Source: a virus
Taxonomy: Duplodnaviria; Caudoviricetes
Direction: 5' to 3' (one strand)
Virus record (IMG/VR): IMGVR_UViG_3300047557_002530
Length of the DNA: 64,000 bases
Of the stretch, positions 7,628 through 15,941 are shown piece after piece. Made by a program: the position numbers and the translations under genes. The stretch's first letter is position 1. Every line of letters begins with the position of its first letter. The notes beneath the pieces were generated by a model. It was given only the letters and a program-made list of their open reading frames with translations, searched no databases and was not told where the DNA came from.

Positions 7628-7864
7628 ATGAAATTTACAGTTTATTCAAAAGACGGTTGCCCATATTGCACAAAGGTTCAACAAGTGCTAGAGTTGGCAC
7701 AACTACAATACGTAGTCTACAAATTGAATACTGATTTTACTCGTGATGAGTTTTATGCTGAGTTTGGAGAAGGTTCTACCTTTCCTCAAGTAATTATTAA
7801 TGACAAACACATTGGTGGGTGTTCGGATACCGTTCAATATCTACAGGAGCAAAAATTAGTTTAA
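7628..7864 (+). CDS. Glutaredoxin (NrdC-like)
   Basis: CPYC active site; TFPQVIIND..IGG. Confidence 0.92.
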   Translation: MKFTVYSKDGCPYCTKVQQVLELAQLQYVVYKLNTDFTRDEFYAEFGEGSTFPQVIINDKHIGGCSDTVQYLQEQKLV

Positions 7865-8223
7865 TGAATACGAACATTCACGAAGTTTACAACGATGTAG
7901 AAAAAGCAATTGATTATGCATTCAATGGTCAGTTTGTTTTAAAATTTTATGACTATCTAAAAGTTCGTGGAACAAAAAAAGTAGAAGTCGAACAATTTAT
8001 TGAAAGTTCTACTGCTACTGAAATTAGTAATCTTGTAATGGATTTGGATGATTATCTTGAAGGTGGATCAGATGAGATTCATAAACAACTTCGCGAAGGA
8101 TACGGGCACATTCCAAAACCACAGGCAAGAAAAATAAGAAATTATCTATATGGTATTCTTGAAGATGCCTGGAGATATAATCATGATAAACGACCAGGAA
8201 GAAGAAAGAAGCAAACTAAATAA
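7864..8223 (+). CDS. Conserved cyanophage hypothetical protein
   Basis: ATG at 7864 overlaps the glutaredoxin stop. Confidence 0.7.
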   Translation: MNTNIHEVYNDVEKAIDYAFNGQFVLKFYDYLKVRGTKKVEVEQFIESSTATEISNLVMDLDDYLEGGSDEIHKQLREGYGHIPKPQARKIRNYLYGILEDAWRYNHDKRPGRRKKQTK

Positions 8224-8386
8224 GTCAGAACCCCAAATCAATAGGGGCGTTGAATTATTACTACGCAATAGGAGGAGATCATCTGCACCAAAGACTTTTC
8301 AAGTGAAGTTTGGTAAAATGATCTCTCTTTTTCGTAGGGAGTTTCATTTCTTTATAGAATTTAACTTTGATGTAAGAAAAAAATAA
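8150..8386 (+). CDS. Hypothetical protein (start uncertain)
   Basis: INRGVELLLRNRRR motif; position in operon. Confidence 0.5.
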   Translation: MVFLKMPGDIIMINDQEEERSKLNKSEPQINRGVELLLRNRRRSSAPKTFQVKFGKMISLFRREFHFFIEFNFDVRKK

Positions 8387-8404
8387 ACTCTCTGGAGAAA
8401 ACAA

Positions 8405-8641
8405 ATGGAAACAGCATATGTAGTAACATTCATTACAATGTTTACCTTGCTCTTTTTTATGGTAGGAGGTATAATAGGCTGGTTAACTTACCGACATTTG
8501 CTGGAATCAAGACCTCCATATTTGCATCCAGAGTTCTTTGACGAAAATGGGCAGGTTATTCCTGACGAAATAGTATCTGTACGATTTGAAAACAATTACG
8601 ACTATGACTACGACGACGAAAACGAAGAGAGCGACGACTGA
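8405..8641 (+). CDS. Membrane-anchored hypothetical protein
   Basis: GGAG RBS; N-terminal TM helix; HPEFFDENG motif. Confidence 0.7.
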   Translation: METAYVVTFITMFTLLFFMVGGIIGWLTYRHLLESRPPYLHPEFFDENGQVIPDEIVSVRFENNYDYDYDDENEESDD

Positions 8642-9176
8642 AAAACCGATTGAAACTCTTCCGACAAACCCCTTTGTTTTTGAGATTCTAGAACTTGCAT
8701 CAAAGCAAAGAAGCGATGCAAAGAAGGTTGAAGTTCTTAAAACTTATGAACATGATTCTCTAAAGACTATTTTTATTTGGAACTTTGACGAATCTGTTAT
8801 TTCTCTTTTACCTGAAGGAGAAGTTCCCTATGGCGATGTGAAAGATCAAAATGTATATTCTGGATCACTTTCAACAAATCTCTCCATGGAAGCAAGGGGA
8901 GGAGAGTCTGCTACCGGTCAAGATCTAGATGGTAGAGGAAGAACTTCTTTGAGGAGAGAATATCAAAACCTATATCACTATGTAAAAGGTGGTAACAATA
9001 CTCTATCTACGATCCGTAGAGAGATGATGTTTATTAATCTTCTCCAGGGACTTCATCCTAGGGAAGCGGAAGTTTTGATTCTTACAAAAGATAAAAAACT
9101 CCAAACTAAATACAAGATAACTCTTGAGAATGTAAAAGAAGCATACCCCGATGTTCAGTGGGGTGGTCGTTCATGA
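8604..9176 (+). CDS. Conserved T4-like phage hypothetical protein
   Basis: RREMMFINLLQGLHPREAEVLIL...K motif; long ORF. Confidence 0.75.
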   Translation: MTTTTKTKRATTEKPIETLPTNPFVFEILELASKQRSDAKKVEVLKTYEHDSLKTIFIWNFDESVISLLPEGEVPYGDVKDQNVYSGSLSTNLSMEARGGESATGQDLDGRGRTSLRREYQNLYHYVKGGNNTLSTIRREMMFINLLQGLHPREAEVLILTKDKKLQTKYKITLENVKEAYPDVQWGGRS

Positions 9177-9511
9177 GTGTAGCAGTAGGAGAAAAGAAAA
9201 AAATGGCAGAAAATAAAACTAAGATTAATAAAGTTCTGCCTCATGAATATGGATGTGAAATTCTTTTAGAAAAAACTACTGTAGAAAAAGCAAAAGATTC
9301 TTCACTTCCTAATGATGCATACTTGATTTGGTATGTTGTGGGGGGTGAAGAGCACATTGATCTAACTCGTTGCCCCAAGCGAGTGAATCTTTTTGATATG
9401 TATTATGATAAGTATGGTCCAGGTGCAGTTAAAAAGATTGATTTTGGATATGGTAGAACTAATCCAAAACTTTGGGGATACAAACAACCAGAGAAGAAAA
9501 AAAGAAAATGA
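9173..9511 (+). CDS. Hypothetical protein
   Basis: ATGA overlap with the upstream ORF. Confidence 0.7.
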   Translation: MSVAVGEKKKMAENKTKINKVLPHEYGCEILLEKTTVEKAKDSSLPNDAYLIWYVVGGEEHIDLTRCPKRVNLFDMYYDKYGPGAVKKIDFGYGRTNPKLWGYKQPEKKKRK

Positions 9512-9687
9512 GTCAAGGATTTGATGTAGAAATTGAAATGCCGAAGTCTGACATTGACAGACTTCTTAAGCAATATAAAAAAGTAAAAAAATATCAAAAA
9601 TCATCTCTGTACGCTATCAAAACAATGGACGGAACAGAAGAGATTGTTAGTTCATTGGTGAAGGAAGCGGAGGAGAATCCACTGTAA
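9508..9687 (+). CDS. Small hypothetical protein
   Basis: ATGA overlap; abuts speD. Confidence 0.6.
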   Translation: MSQGFDVEIEMPKSDIDRLLKQYKKVKKYQKSSLYAIKTMDGTEEIVSSLVKEAEENPL

Positions 9688-10014
9688 ATGGGAAAGCATT
9701 ATCTACTTAACTTGTATGGATGCTCGTTTGTTCTTTTGGACGACGAGCGTTGTCTTATAGACTTATTGGAAAACGCAGCAGTTGCAAGCGGTGCTACTGT
9801 GGTTCAAACTATCTCAAAGAAGTTTGAACCACAGGGAGTCACTGTGATTTGCCTGTTATCTGAAAGTCATATTAGCATTCATACTTGGCCTGAGGAAGGT
9901 AAGGCAGCAGTGGACGTTTATACTTGTGGTGATTGTAATCCAAAGATTGGGTGTGATATTATCATTCAACAACTTTATGCAACTAATCACACGTTAAGTT
10001 ACATAGAACGGTAA
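9688..10014 (+). CDS. speD: S-adenosylmethionine decarboxylase proenzyme
   Basis: MGKHYLLNLYGC, LLSESHISIHTWPE (ES self-cleavage site), DVYTCG. Confidence 0.92.
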   Translation: MGKHYLLNLYGCSFVLLDDERCLIDLLENAAVASGATVVQTISKKFEPQGVTVICLLSESHISIHTWPEEGKAAVDVYTCGDCNPKIGCDIIIQQLYATNHTLSYIER

Positions 10015-10068
10015 CAAAAGTTACAGAACTTTTTGCATAACTATACTAACAGGTCTATAATGACCTTA

Positions 10069-10162
10069 CGTTCATCCCTATGGGACGGAAGTAAGCCGAC
10101 GCGGAACGGAACGTTCATTCGCTATTCGCAAATAGCGAACGCAAACGCCGACTGAAGGAACG
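10069..10162 (+). ncRNA. Tandem glutamine-riboswitch-like RNA (glnA/Downstream-peptide family)
   Basis: Two units, each closed by CGTTC...GAACG (10069-10108, 10112-10162); GGAAGTAAG core in unit 1, GAAGGAACG end in unit 2; upstream of a YRG peptide gene; own TATAAT promoter at about 10056. Confidence 0.7.
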
Positions 10163-10194
10163 CTCTTTAACCTAAACCATTAAGGAGAGCCCTA

Positions 10195-10332
10195 ATGTCT
10201 AAAGTAGTATATCGCGGTGTTGAGTATGACACCCAAAAGCGTCTTGAGTATCAACAACAAATGATGCAGCAACCCCAACAATACAATGAAACCTATCGTG
10301 GTGTTAAGTTTGTAAAGGAGGGGCACAAATGA
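10195..10332 (+). CDS. DUF4278-like small protein (45 aa)
   Basis: MSKVVYRGVEYD...TYRGVKF, two YRG motifs; AAGGAG RBS. Confidence 0.7.
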   Translation: MSKVVYRGVEYDTQKRLEYQQQMMQQPQQYNETYRGVKFVKEGHK

Positions 10333-10427
10333 AAAAACTCAATGTACTTCAACTCATTAAAGAGCAGAAGCAAAAAGAAGAGAGGCGTCGTAAGGCATCT
10401 CTTGCTATTCTGGTAGCAGCAAAATAA
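10329..10427 (+). CDS. Small basic peptide (32 aa)
   Basis: MKKLNVLQLIKEQKQKEERRRKASLAILVAAK; ATGA-coupled to the upstream ORF. Confidence 0.5.
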   Translation: MKKLNVLQLIKEQKQKEERRRKASLAILVAAK

Positions 10428-10430
10428 TTT

Positions 10431-10469
10431 AGAGGAGTGCTTGACACTCCTCTTTTTTTTGTCTATAAT
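10431..10469 (+). terminator. Terminator hairpin with an embedded sigma70 promoter
   Basis: agaggagtg/cactcctct plus T run; TTGACA (10441)-17 nt-TATAAT (10464). Confidence 0.7.
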
Positions 10470-10491
10470 ACCTTTGTCGAGGTTGATAAAA

Positions 10492-10674
10492 ATGGATAGA
10501 GAAAAGATTAAGCTAATTGTCAGAAACCTTGAGTCTCTGGTAGAATGCTTGAAGGCAGAGATTGAACCTGAGATTGAAAATGAGGTAAAGGATCCTGTCT
10601 ATGATGAGATTAAAACTTTTTTAACTGACTACGACGAAGTATTTTATGACGAGGAAGATGAATACGATGTATGA
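10492..10674 (+). CDS. Hypothetical acidic protein
   Basis: MDREKIKLIVRNLESLVECLKAEI... Confidence 0.65.
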   Translation: MDREKIKLIVRNLESLVECLKAEIEPEIENEVKDPVYDEIKTFLTDYDEVFYDEEDEYDV

Positions 10675-11377
10675 TGACTTTGAGTTTATGAAACCAGAAG
10701 TAAAACTCATTAGTGTTACTCCTGACGCAGAAAAGCACATGGCATATTGTGCTCGGGTAAGTAATCCTGCTAATCAGGATAATGAAAAGTTTTCTGGTCT
10801 ACTTAAGTATTGTATTCAACATCAACACTGGAGTATCTTCGAACAAGCTTCAATGACTGTTGAGATCAATACTACTCGTGGACTGGCAGCTCAAATTCTT
10901 CGACATCGTTCATTTACATATCAAGAATTTTCACAACGTTATGCTGACACGAATCTTCTGAATAATATTATTCCTCTTCCTGAACTACGTCGTCAGGATA
11001 CTAAGAATCGTCAGAACAGTATTGATGACATTCCTGACTATTTGAAACTGACTCTGACAGAAGACATTCGCGTTCATTTTGAGCAGGGTCTACGCCTCTA
11101 CAACCGCCTTCTAGAGAAGGGTGTAGCAAAGGAGTGCGCGAGGTTCGTATTGCCCCTAGCGACGCCCACAAGACTCTATATGACCGGTTCTGTAAGGTCG
11201 TGGATACATTACATTGATCTTCGCTCTGCACATGGTACGCAGAAGGAACATATGGAGATTGCAGAACTTGTCCGCTGTATCTTTACTTGCCAGTTCCCTG
11301 CTGTATCTGAAGCACTTGGTTGGACTCGTGATGGGTGTATTGAATGCAATGATGCACCTTCCATTACTATTGAATAA
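10667..11377 (+). CDS. thyX: Flavin-dependent thymidylate synthase
   Basis: HWSIFEQA; RHRSFTYQEFSQRY ThyX motif; start approximate. Confidence 0.95.
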   Translation: MYDDFEFMKPEVKLISVTPDAEKHMAYCARVSNPANQDNEKFSGLLKYCIQHQHWSIFEQASMTVEINTTRGLAAQILRHRSFTYQEFSQRYADTNLLNNIIPLPELRRQDTKNRQNSIDDIPDYLKLTLTEDIRVHFEQGLRLYNRLLEKGVAKECARFVLPLATPTRLYMTGSVRSWIHYIDLRSAHGTQKEHMEIAELVRCIFTCQFPAVSEALGWTRDGCIECNDAPSITIE

Positions 11378-11406
11378 ATATCCTTACATACGATGGAGGT
11401 GTAACA

Positions 11407-11655
11407 TTGGCAACATATCCAGTTTATAATAAAGTTACTGGTGAACAAAAAGAAGTCTCTATGAGTGTTCACGATTGGGATCAGTGGAAACAAGATAATC
11501 CTGATTGGGATAGAGATTGGTCTGACCCATCAACTTGCCCTAACTCTGGGGAAGTTGGTGAGGTTTATGATAGACTTAAGAAGTCTCACCCAGGATGGAA
11601 TGATGTTCTTAAGCGAGCATCACAAGCACCAGGTTCAAAAGTAAAACCAGTTTAA
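11407..11655 (+). CDS. Conserved hypothetical protein (TTG start)
   Basis: GGAGG RBS; MATYPVYNKVTGE; lies before phoH. Confidence 0.7.
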   Translation: MATYPVYNKVTGEQKEVSMSVHDWDQWKQDNPDWDRDWSDPSTCPNSGEVGEVYDRLKKSHPGWNDVLKRASQAPGSKVKPV

Positions 11656-11661
11656 TTCTAT

Positions 11662-12417
11662 ATGGCAAGAAAAAGAAGAGTAGAAGATCAACCAATTGGT
11701 GTTGGAATGACTGCCAAACAAATGAAACGCAAGAAACCAATTGGTCTTGACTTAATGAGAGATATTGAACCTCTCACAGATAATCAGAAACTTCTATATG
11801 AAGCATATGAAAAGGGACAAAACCTTGTTGCTTATGGATGTGCGGGAACAGGTAAAACATTTATCACTTTATATAATGCCCTTCAAGATGTACTAGATGA
11901 AAGAAGTCCTTACGAAAAAATCTATATTGTAAGATCTCTTGTTGCTACTCGTGAGATTGGTTTCCTACCTGGAGACCATGAGGACAAGTCATCGCTTTAT
12001 CAGATTCCTTATAAGAATATGGTGAAGTATATGTTCCAAATGCCAGATGACGCATCGTTTGAAATGCTCTATGGAAACCTCAAAACTCAAGGTACGATTA
12101 GTTTTTGGAGCACTTCTTTTATTCGCGGAACTACTCTGGACAATGCAATCATTATCGTAGACGAGTTCCAAAACTTGAACTTTCATGAACTTGATAGTAT
12201 CATTACTCGTGTTGGTGAGAACTCAAGGATTATGTTCTGTGGTGATGCTACTCAATCTGATCTTATCAAAACAAATGAGAAGAATGGAATTGTTGATTTT
12301 ATGAAAGTTCTTCGTATTATGCCCTCCATTGATACTATTGAATTTGGCGTAGATGACATTGTTCGTTCTGGTCTAGTTAAGGAATATATTCTCGCAAAAA
12401 TGGAAGTTGGTGTATGA
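11662..12417 (+). CDS. phoH: PhoH-family ATPase
   Basis: GCAGTGKT Walker A; FIRGTTLDNAIIIVDEFQNL; GDATQSDL. Confidence 0.95.
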   Translation: MARKRRVEDQPIGVGMTAKQMKRKKPIGLDLMRDIEPLTDNQKLLYEAYEKGQNLVAYGCAGTGKTFITLYNALQDVLDERSPYEKIYIVRSLVATREIGFLPGDHEDKSSLYQIPYKNMVKYMFQMPDDASFEMLYGNLKTQGTISFWSTSFIRGTTLDNAIIIVDEFQNLNFHELDSIITRVGENSRIMFCGDATQSDLIKTNEKNGIVDFMKVLRIMPSIDTIEFGVDDIVRSGLVKEYILAKMEVGV

Positions 12418-13094
12418 CCTTTAATCATTGTAATTTTTTGGGTGATCTTGAACTAGAAAAGAAAGAAACAAATGGCATCCGCTTGTATAATCTTCCCGAT
12501 GGTCAGTGGGTGCCTTCTATCACATCTATAACCTCTTTCTACAATCGACAGATCTTTGTTGAATGGAGAAAGAGGATTGGTGAAGAAAAAGCAAATGCAA
12601 TTACAAGAAAAGCAACTGCAAGAGGAACTGACTTTCACCAAGTCTGTCAGGACTACTTGGAAAATAAAGAACTTGTTTGGGATGATTATCAACCCATGAC
12701 AAAGTTCATGTATATTCATGCAAAGCCTTATCTGGATAAGATAAATAATATTCACGCCATTGAAAGGACTCTCTATTCTGAATACCTTGGACTTGCTGGA
12801 CGAGTTGATTGTATCGCAGAATATGAAGGAGAATTGGCAGTTATTGACTTCAAAACTTCAGACAAGATCAAACCAGAAGAATGGATTGAAAATTACTTCG
12901 TTCAAGAGACATTCTACGCCGCTGCATATTACGAACTCACTGGTCAAGTTGTTAAAAAACTCATCACACTAATGGTAACTCCTGGCGGCGAAGTTAAAGT
13001 ATTTGACAAAAGGAACAAGGGGGACTATATTAAACTATTAGTTCGTTATATCAAAGAATTTGTACATCACAATACTAGGTCAGATGGAGAATGA
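12414..13094 (+). CDS. PD-(D/E)XK exonuclease (Cas4-like fold)
   Basis: PSITSI; RGTDFH; AGRVDCIAEY...VIDFKTS; Q..FYA. Confidence 0.85.
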   Translation: MTFNHCNFLGDLELEKKETNGIRLYNLPDGQWVPSITSITSFYNRQIFVEWRKRIGEEKANAITRKATARGTDFHQVCQDYLENKELVWDDYQPMTKFMYIHAKPYLDKINNIHAIERTLYSEYLGLAGRVDCIAEYEGELAVIDFKTSDKIKPEEWIENYFVQETFYAAAYYELTGQVVKKLITLMVTPGGEVKVFDKRNKGDYIKLLVRYIKEFVHHNTRSDGE

Positions 13095-13341
13095 ATTAGA
13101 GAAAGCATTAGAGAGTAAGTTCTTTTGTCCATCACGTTTTGCTCAAGAGATTGAGAATCTCGTTCAAGTAAACGTTGAGATGAATTATATTGATGCGATT
13201 ATCTATTTCTGTGAACAAAACAACATTGATTTGGAATCAGTTCCAAAACTCATCTCAAAACCTTTGAAAGAAAAGATTAAGTATGAGGCGATGGAACTGA
13301 ATTTTCTAAAGAAAACTTCCCGTGCTAAATTAATTTTTTAA
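13084..13341 (+). CDS. 33: Late transcription coactivator gp33
   Basis: YIDAIIYFCEQNNIDLESVPKLISKPLKEKIKYEAMELNFL; synteny with 59 and 32. Confidence 0.85.
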   Translation: MENELEKALESKFFCPSRFAQEIENLVQVNVEMNYIDAIIYFCEQNNIDLESVPKLISKPLKEKIKYEAMELNFLKKTSRAKLIF

Positions 13342-13937
13342 TGATGCCATACGATGCGTACCGTGAATACCTTGCTCTAAAAAATCATTTTACAAAAGAT
13401 AACTACGATTATTTTAAGTATAATAAAAAAGTAAGAGCAACAGTTCAATCCTTCTATAAGAGGAAGGATAGAATGTGGTTTGAAAAGATTTCTAGGCAAA
13501 AATCAGATAAAGAAGTCGTTGATTTTTTTGTTGCTAACTTTGCATCTTGTCCTGACCCAGAAACACTTTGGATTGGTGAGATGATTAAAGAAGGTGAAGA
13601 AAGATATCAGAACTGGCAAAAGAAAGTTCAATCTCTTTCTTATATCTTTAAAGAAGAAAGTCAATCTTTGTTTGGAGAAAATAAGTTTGAAGAGGTTTTT
13701 AAGTGTTCGAAGGGACATCCGCCTCTTCTAAAGAAGTTCCTGAGCGGGAATATTAGCCTAGAAACTATGGTGATATACGATAGAATATTCCTGTTCGGGA
13801 ACAAGTTTGATAGTAAACTTCAAGACCCGGTGTGGCAAACCGTCAGTCGTCGGATTAAAAAATATAATCCATTTCTAAATATTGATGTATTTCGTTTTCG
13901 CAAAATCTTGAAAGAAATTATTCTGGAGGGTCAATGA
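13341..13937 (+). CDS. 59: Helicase loader gp59
   Basis: YLALKNHFTKDNYDYFKY...FYKRKDR. Confidence 0.88.
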   Translation: MMPYDAYREYLALKNHFTKDNYDYFKYNKKVRATVQSFYKRKDRMWFEKISRQKSDKEVVDFFVANFASCPDPETLWIGEMIKEGEERYQNWQKKVQSLSYIFKEESQSLFGENKFEEVFKCSKGHPPLLKKFLSGNISLETMVIYDRIFLFGNKFDSKLQDPVWQTVSRRIKKYNPFLNIDVFRFRKILKEIILEGQ

Positions 13938-14278
13938 GTTTCTTTAACTCCGAAGTCGTTCGTGCAGAGATGACTGAAATTGCAGAACTTCAGGAACAAA
14001 TCTACGGAAACATTTTTAAGTTTCCTACAATGTCTAAAGAAGAAAAACTTGAGCATGTTGGATTTCTTGAAACTCTCTTAGATAAACAAAAAGTTCTTTA
14101 CACAAGAATGAGTTTGTCTGATGATCCTGAAGCAAAAGAGATGAAGGAACGTGTTATCAATTCTGCTATTATGATGGGTATGCCTCCTGGCACTGATATG
14201 AACATCATCCTTAATAATATGTCTCAGATGCTTGATGTCATGAGGAAACAGATTGACAAAACAGGTTCAGACCTGTAG
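13934..14278 (+). CDS. Conserved hypothetical protein (DUF1825-like)
   Basis: FFNSEVVRAEM...QKVLYTRMSLSDDPEA. Confidence 0.7.
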   Translation: MSFFNSEVVRAEMTEIAELQEQIYGNIFKFPTMSKEEKLEHVGFLETLLDKQKVLYTRMSLSDDPEAKEMKERVINSAIMMGMPPGTDMNIILNNMSQMLDVMRKQIDKTGSDL

Positions 14279-14326
14279 AATAACGAAGTACACAAAAGCC
14301 AAATCCTACTAATACGGAGAAATCTA

Positions 14327-15271
14327 ATGTCATTCGAAAATCTCAAAAAACAATCCAAACTGGGTTCTCTCACTTCTAAACTGGTGAAGGAAGTTGAGAA
14401 GATGAGTACAACTTCTGGTGGTGCTGATGAGCGTCTCTGGAAACCTGAAATGGATAAAACTGGTAACGGTTTCGCAGTTATCCGTTTCCTCCCTGCCCCT
14501 GAAGGTGAAGAACTTCCTTGGGCAAAGATGTATTCCCACGCTTTCCAAGGTCCTGGTGGTTGGTACATTGAAAACTCTCTGACTACCATCGGACAAAAAG
14601 ATCCTCTTGGTGAACATAACCGCGAACTGTGGAACAGTGGTATTGAATCTAACAAAGAAACTGTTCGTAAACAAAAGCGTAAACTGTCTTATTACAGCAA
14701 CATCTACGTTGTAAAGGATCCCGTTAATCCTCAGAACGAAGGTAAGGTCTTCCTCTTTAAATATGGCAAGAAGATCTTTGATAAGATTATGGAAGCAATG
14801 CAACCTGAGTTTGAGGATGAAACTCCTATCAATCCTTTTGACTTCTGGCAAGGTGCTAATTTCAAACTCAAAATCGTAAAGAAAGATGGGTATTGGAACT
14901 ACGACAAATCTGAATTTGGTTCTGTTGAACCACTACTGGATGATGACGATGCTCTGGAAGCCCTCTGGAAGAAAGAGTATTCTCTGACTGCAATCACTGC
15001 TCCAGATCAGTTCAAGTCCTATGAAGATCTTGAGCGTCGTATGAATATGGTTCTGGGTCTTAAGAACTCTTCTCCTGCTCGTTCCCGTGCAGTAGTCGAA
15101 CAAGAAGATGATCTCGAAGAGTTTACACAAACTCCTACAGTCCAAGATCGTGTTGTGGAAGAACTGGAACAGTCTTATGCTCGTTCTAAGTCCCCTTCAC
15201 TTCCCCAAATCTCTCAAGACGATGATGAGGATGATGCACTTTCTTACTTCCAGCGTCTTGCTGAAGATTGA
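14327..15271 (+). CDS. 32: Single-stranded DNA-binding protein gp32
   Basis: DERLWKP; AVIRFLPA; YIENSLTT; INPFDFWQGANFKLK; acidic tail ending LSYFQRLAED. Confidence 0.96.
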   Translation: MSFENLKKQSKLGSLTSKLVKEVEKMSTTSGGADERLWKPEMDKTGNGFAVIRFLPAPEGEELPWAKMYSHAFQGPGGWYIENSLTTIGQKDPLGEHNRELWNSGIESNKETVRKQKRKLSYYSNIYVVKDPVNPQNEGKVFLFKYGKKIFDKIMEAMQPEFEDETPINPFDFWQGANFKLKIVKKDGYWNYDKSEFGSVEPLLDDDDALEALWKKEYSLTAITAPDQFKSYEDLERRMNMVLGLKNSSPARSRAVVEQEDDLEEFTQTPTVQDRVVEELEQSYARSKSPSLPQISQDDDEDDALSYFQRLAED

Positions 15272-15940
15272 TTAAGAATAGAGTCTAATATTATCTCCTT
15301 TCTTTAAGGTGTCGCTTACATATTGAGCGGCACCTTTTTTATATGTCATCAATTCGTTCATATCATTAAAGATTAGATTTAAGTATCTTGCTTTAAGAAT
15401 AAAGATGTTTCTTTTATCATCTTCAATTTTTTGTTCGTATTGATAGTTTGTGATTGGTACTGTAAAGTTTCTTATTGTTACTTTTCTTCCTAAACCATCA
15501 TCATAGTAACTTGTTGAAAAGTTTGATGGAACTACTAACCCAGCAGGAATAATAGTAATGCCATTTGAGTTTACTACTTCTGTTGTTTCATAGTGACGAA
15601 CTGCATTCATATTTTGATATGATCCATACTTTTCTAATAAGAAATTATCAAAACCAGATTGGGGTAAGGGCCATTCTGTCTGAACGTTCAAAATATTATT
15701 AGCAAGTAAAACAACCCAGTCCAAGCTTTCATCTTCATACACATTATATGCAACATTATCTGGTCTTTCATCTCCAACGATCTTATACTTTGTGAAGAAA
15801 TTTAAGTTGCCAAAAATGTCTTCTCTTAACTTCCCTCTCTTAAAAAGATTTTTGACAGTCTGATAGTCAGAGATACTTTGTGCATCTGGAGTTCTATTGA
15901 CATATTGGAAGTCTGGAACTTGTCGAAAATAGCTTGGCAT
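15272..15940 (-). CDS. 53: Baseplate wedge subunit gp53
   Basis: YFRQVPDFQY; GDERPDNVAYNVY...DWVVLLANNI. Confidence 0.85.
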   Translation of the reverse strand: MPSYFRQVPDFQYVNRTPDAQSISDYQTVKNLFKRGKLREDIFGNLNFFTKYKIVGDERPDNVAYNVYEDESLDWVVLLANNILNVQTEWPLPQSGFDNFLLEKYGSYQNMNAVRHYETTEVVNSNGITIIPAGLVVPSNFSTSYYDDGLGRKVTIRNFTVPITNYQYEQKIEDDKRNIFILKARYLNLIFNDMNELMTYKKGAAQYVSDTLKKGDNIRLYS

Positions 15941-15941
15941 A

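Noticed and set aside
2158-10500. hli (high-light-inducible) genes, often near phage psbA
   Set aside because: No AExxNGRxAMxG motif was found in the small ORFs I translated.
12414-13094. CRISPR-associated Cas4 or a CRISPR array
   Set aside because: This is the common T4-like phage PD-(D/E)XK exonuclease in the phoH-33-59-32 block; no repeat-spacer array is visible in the window.
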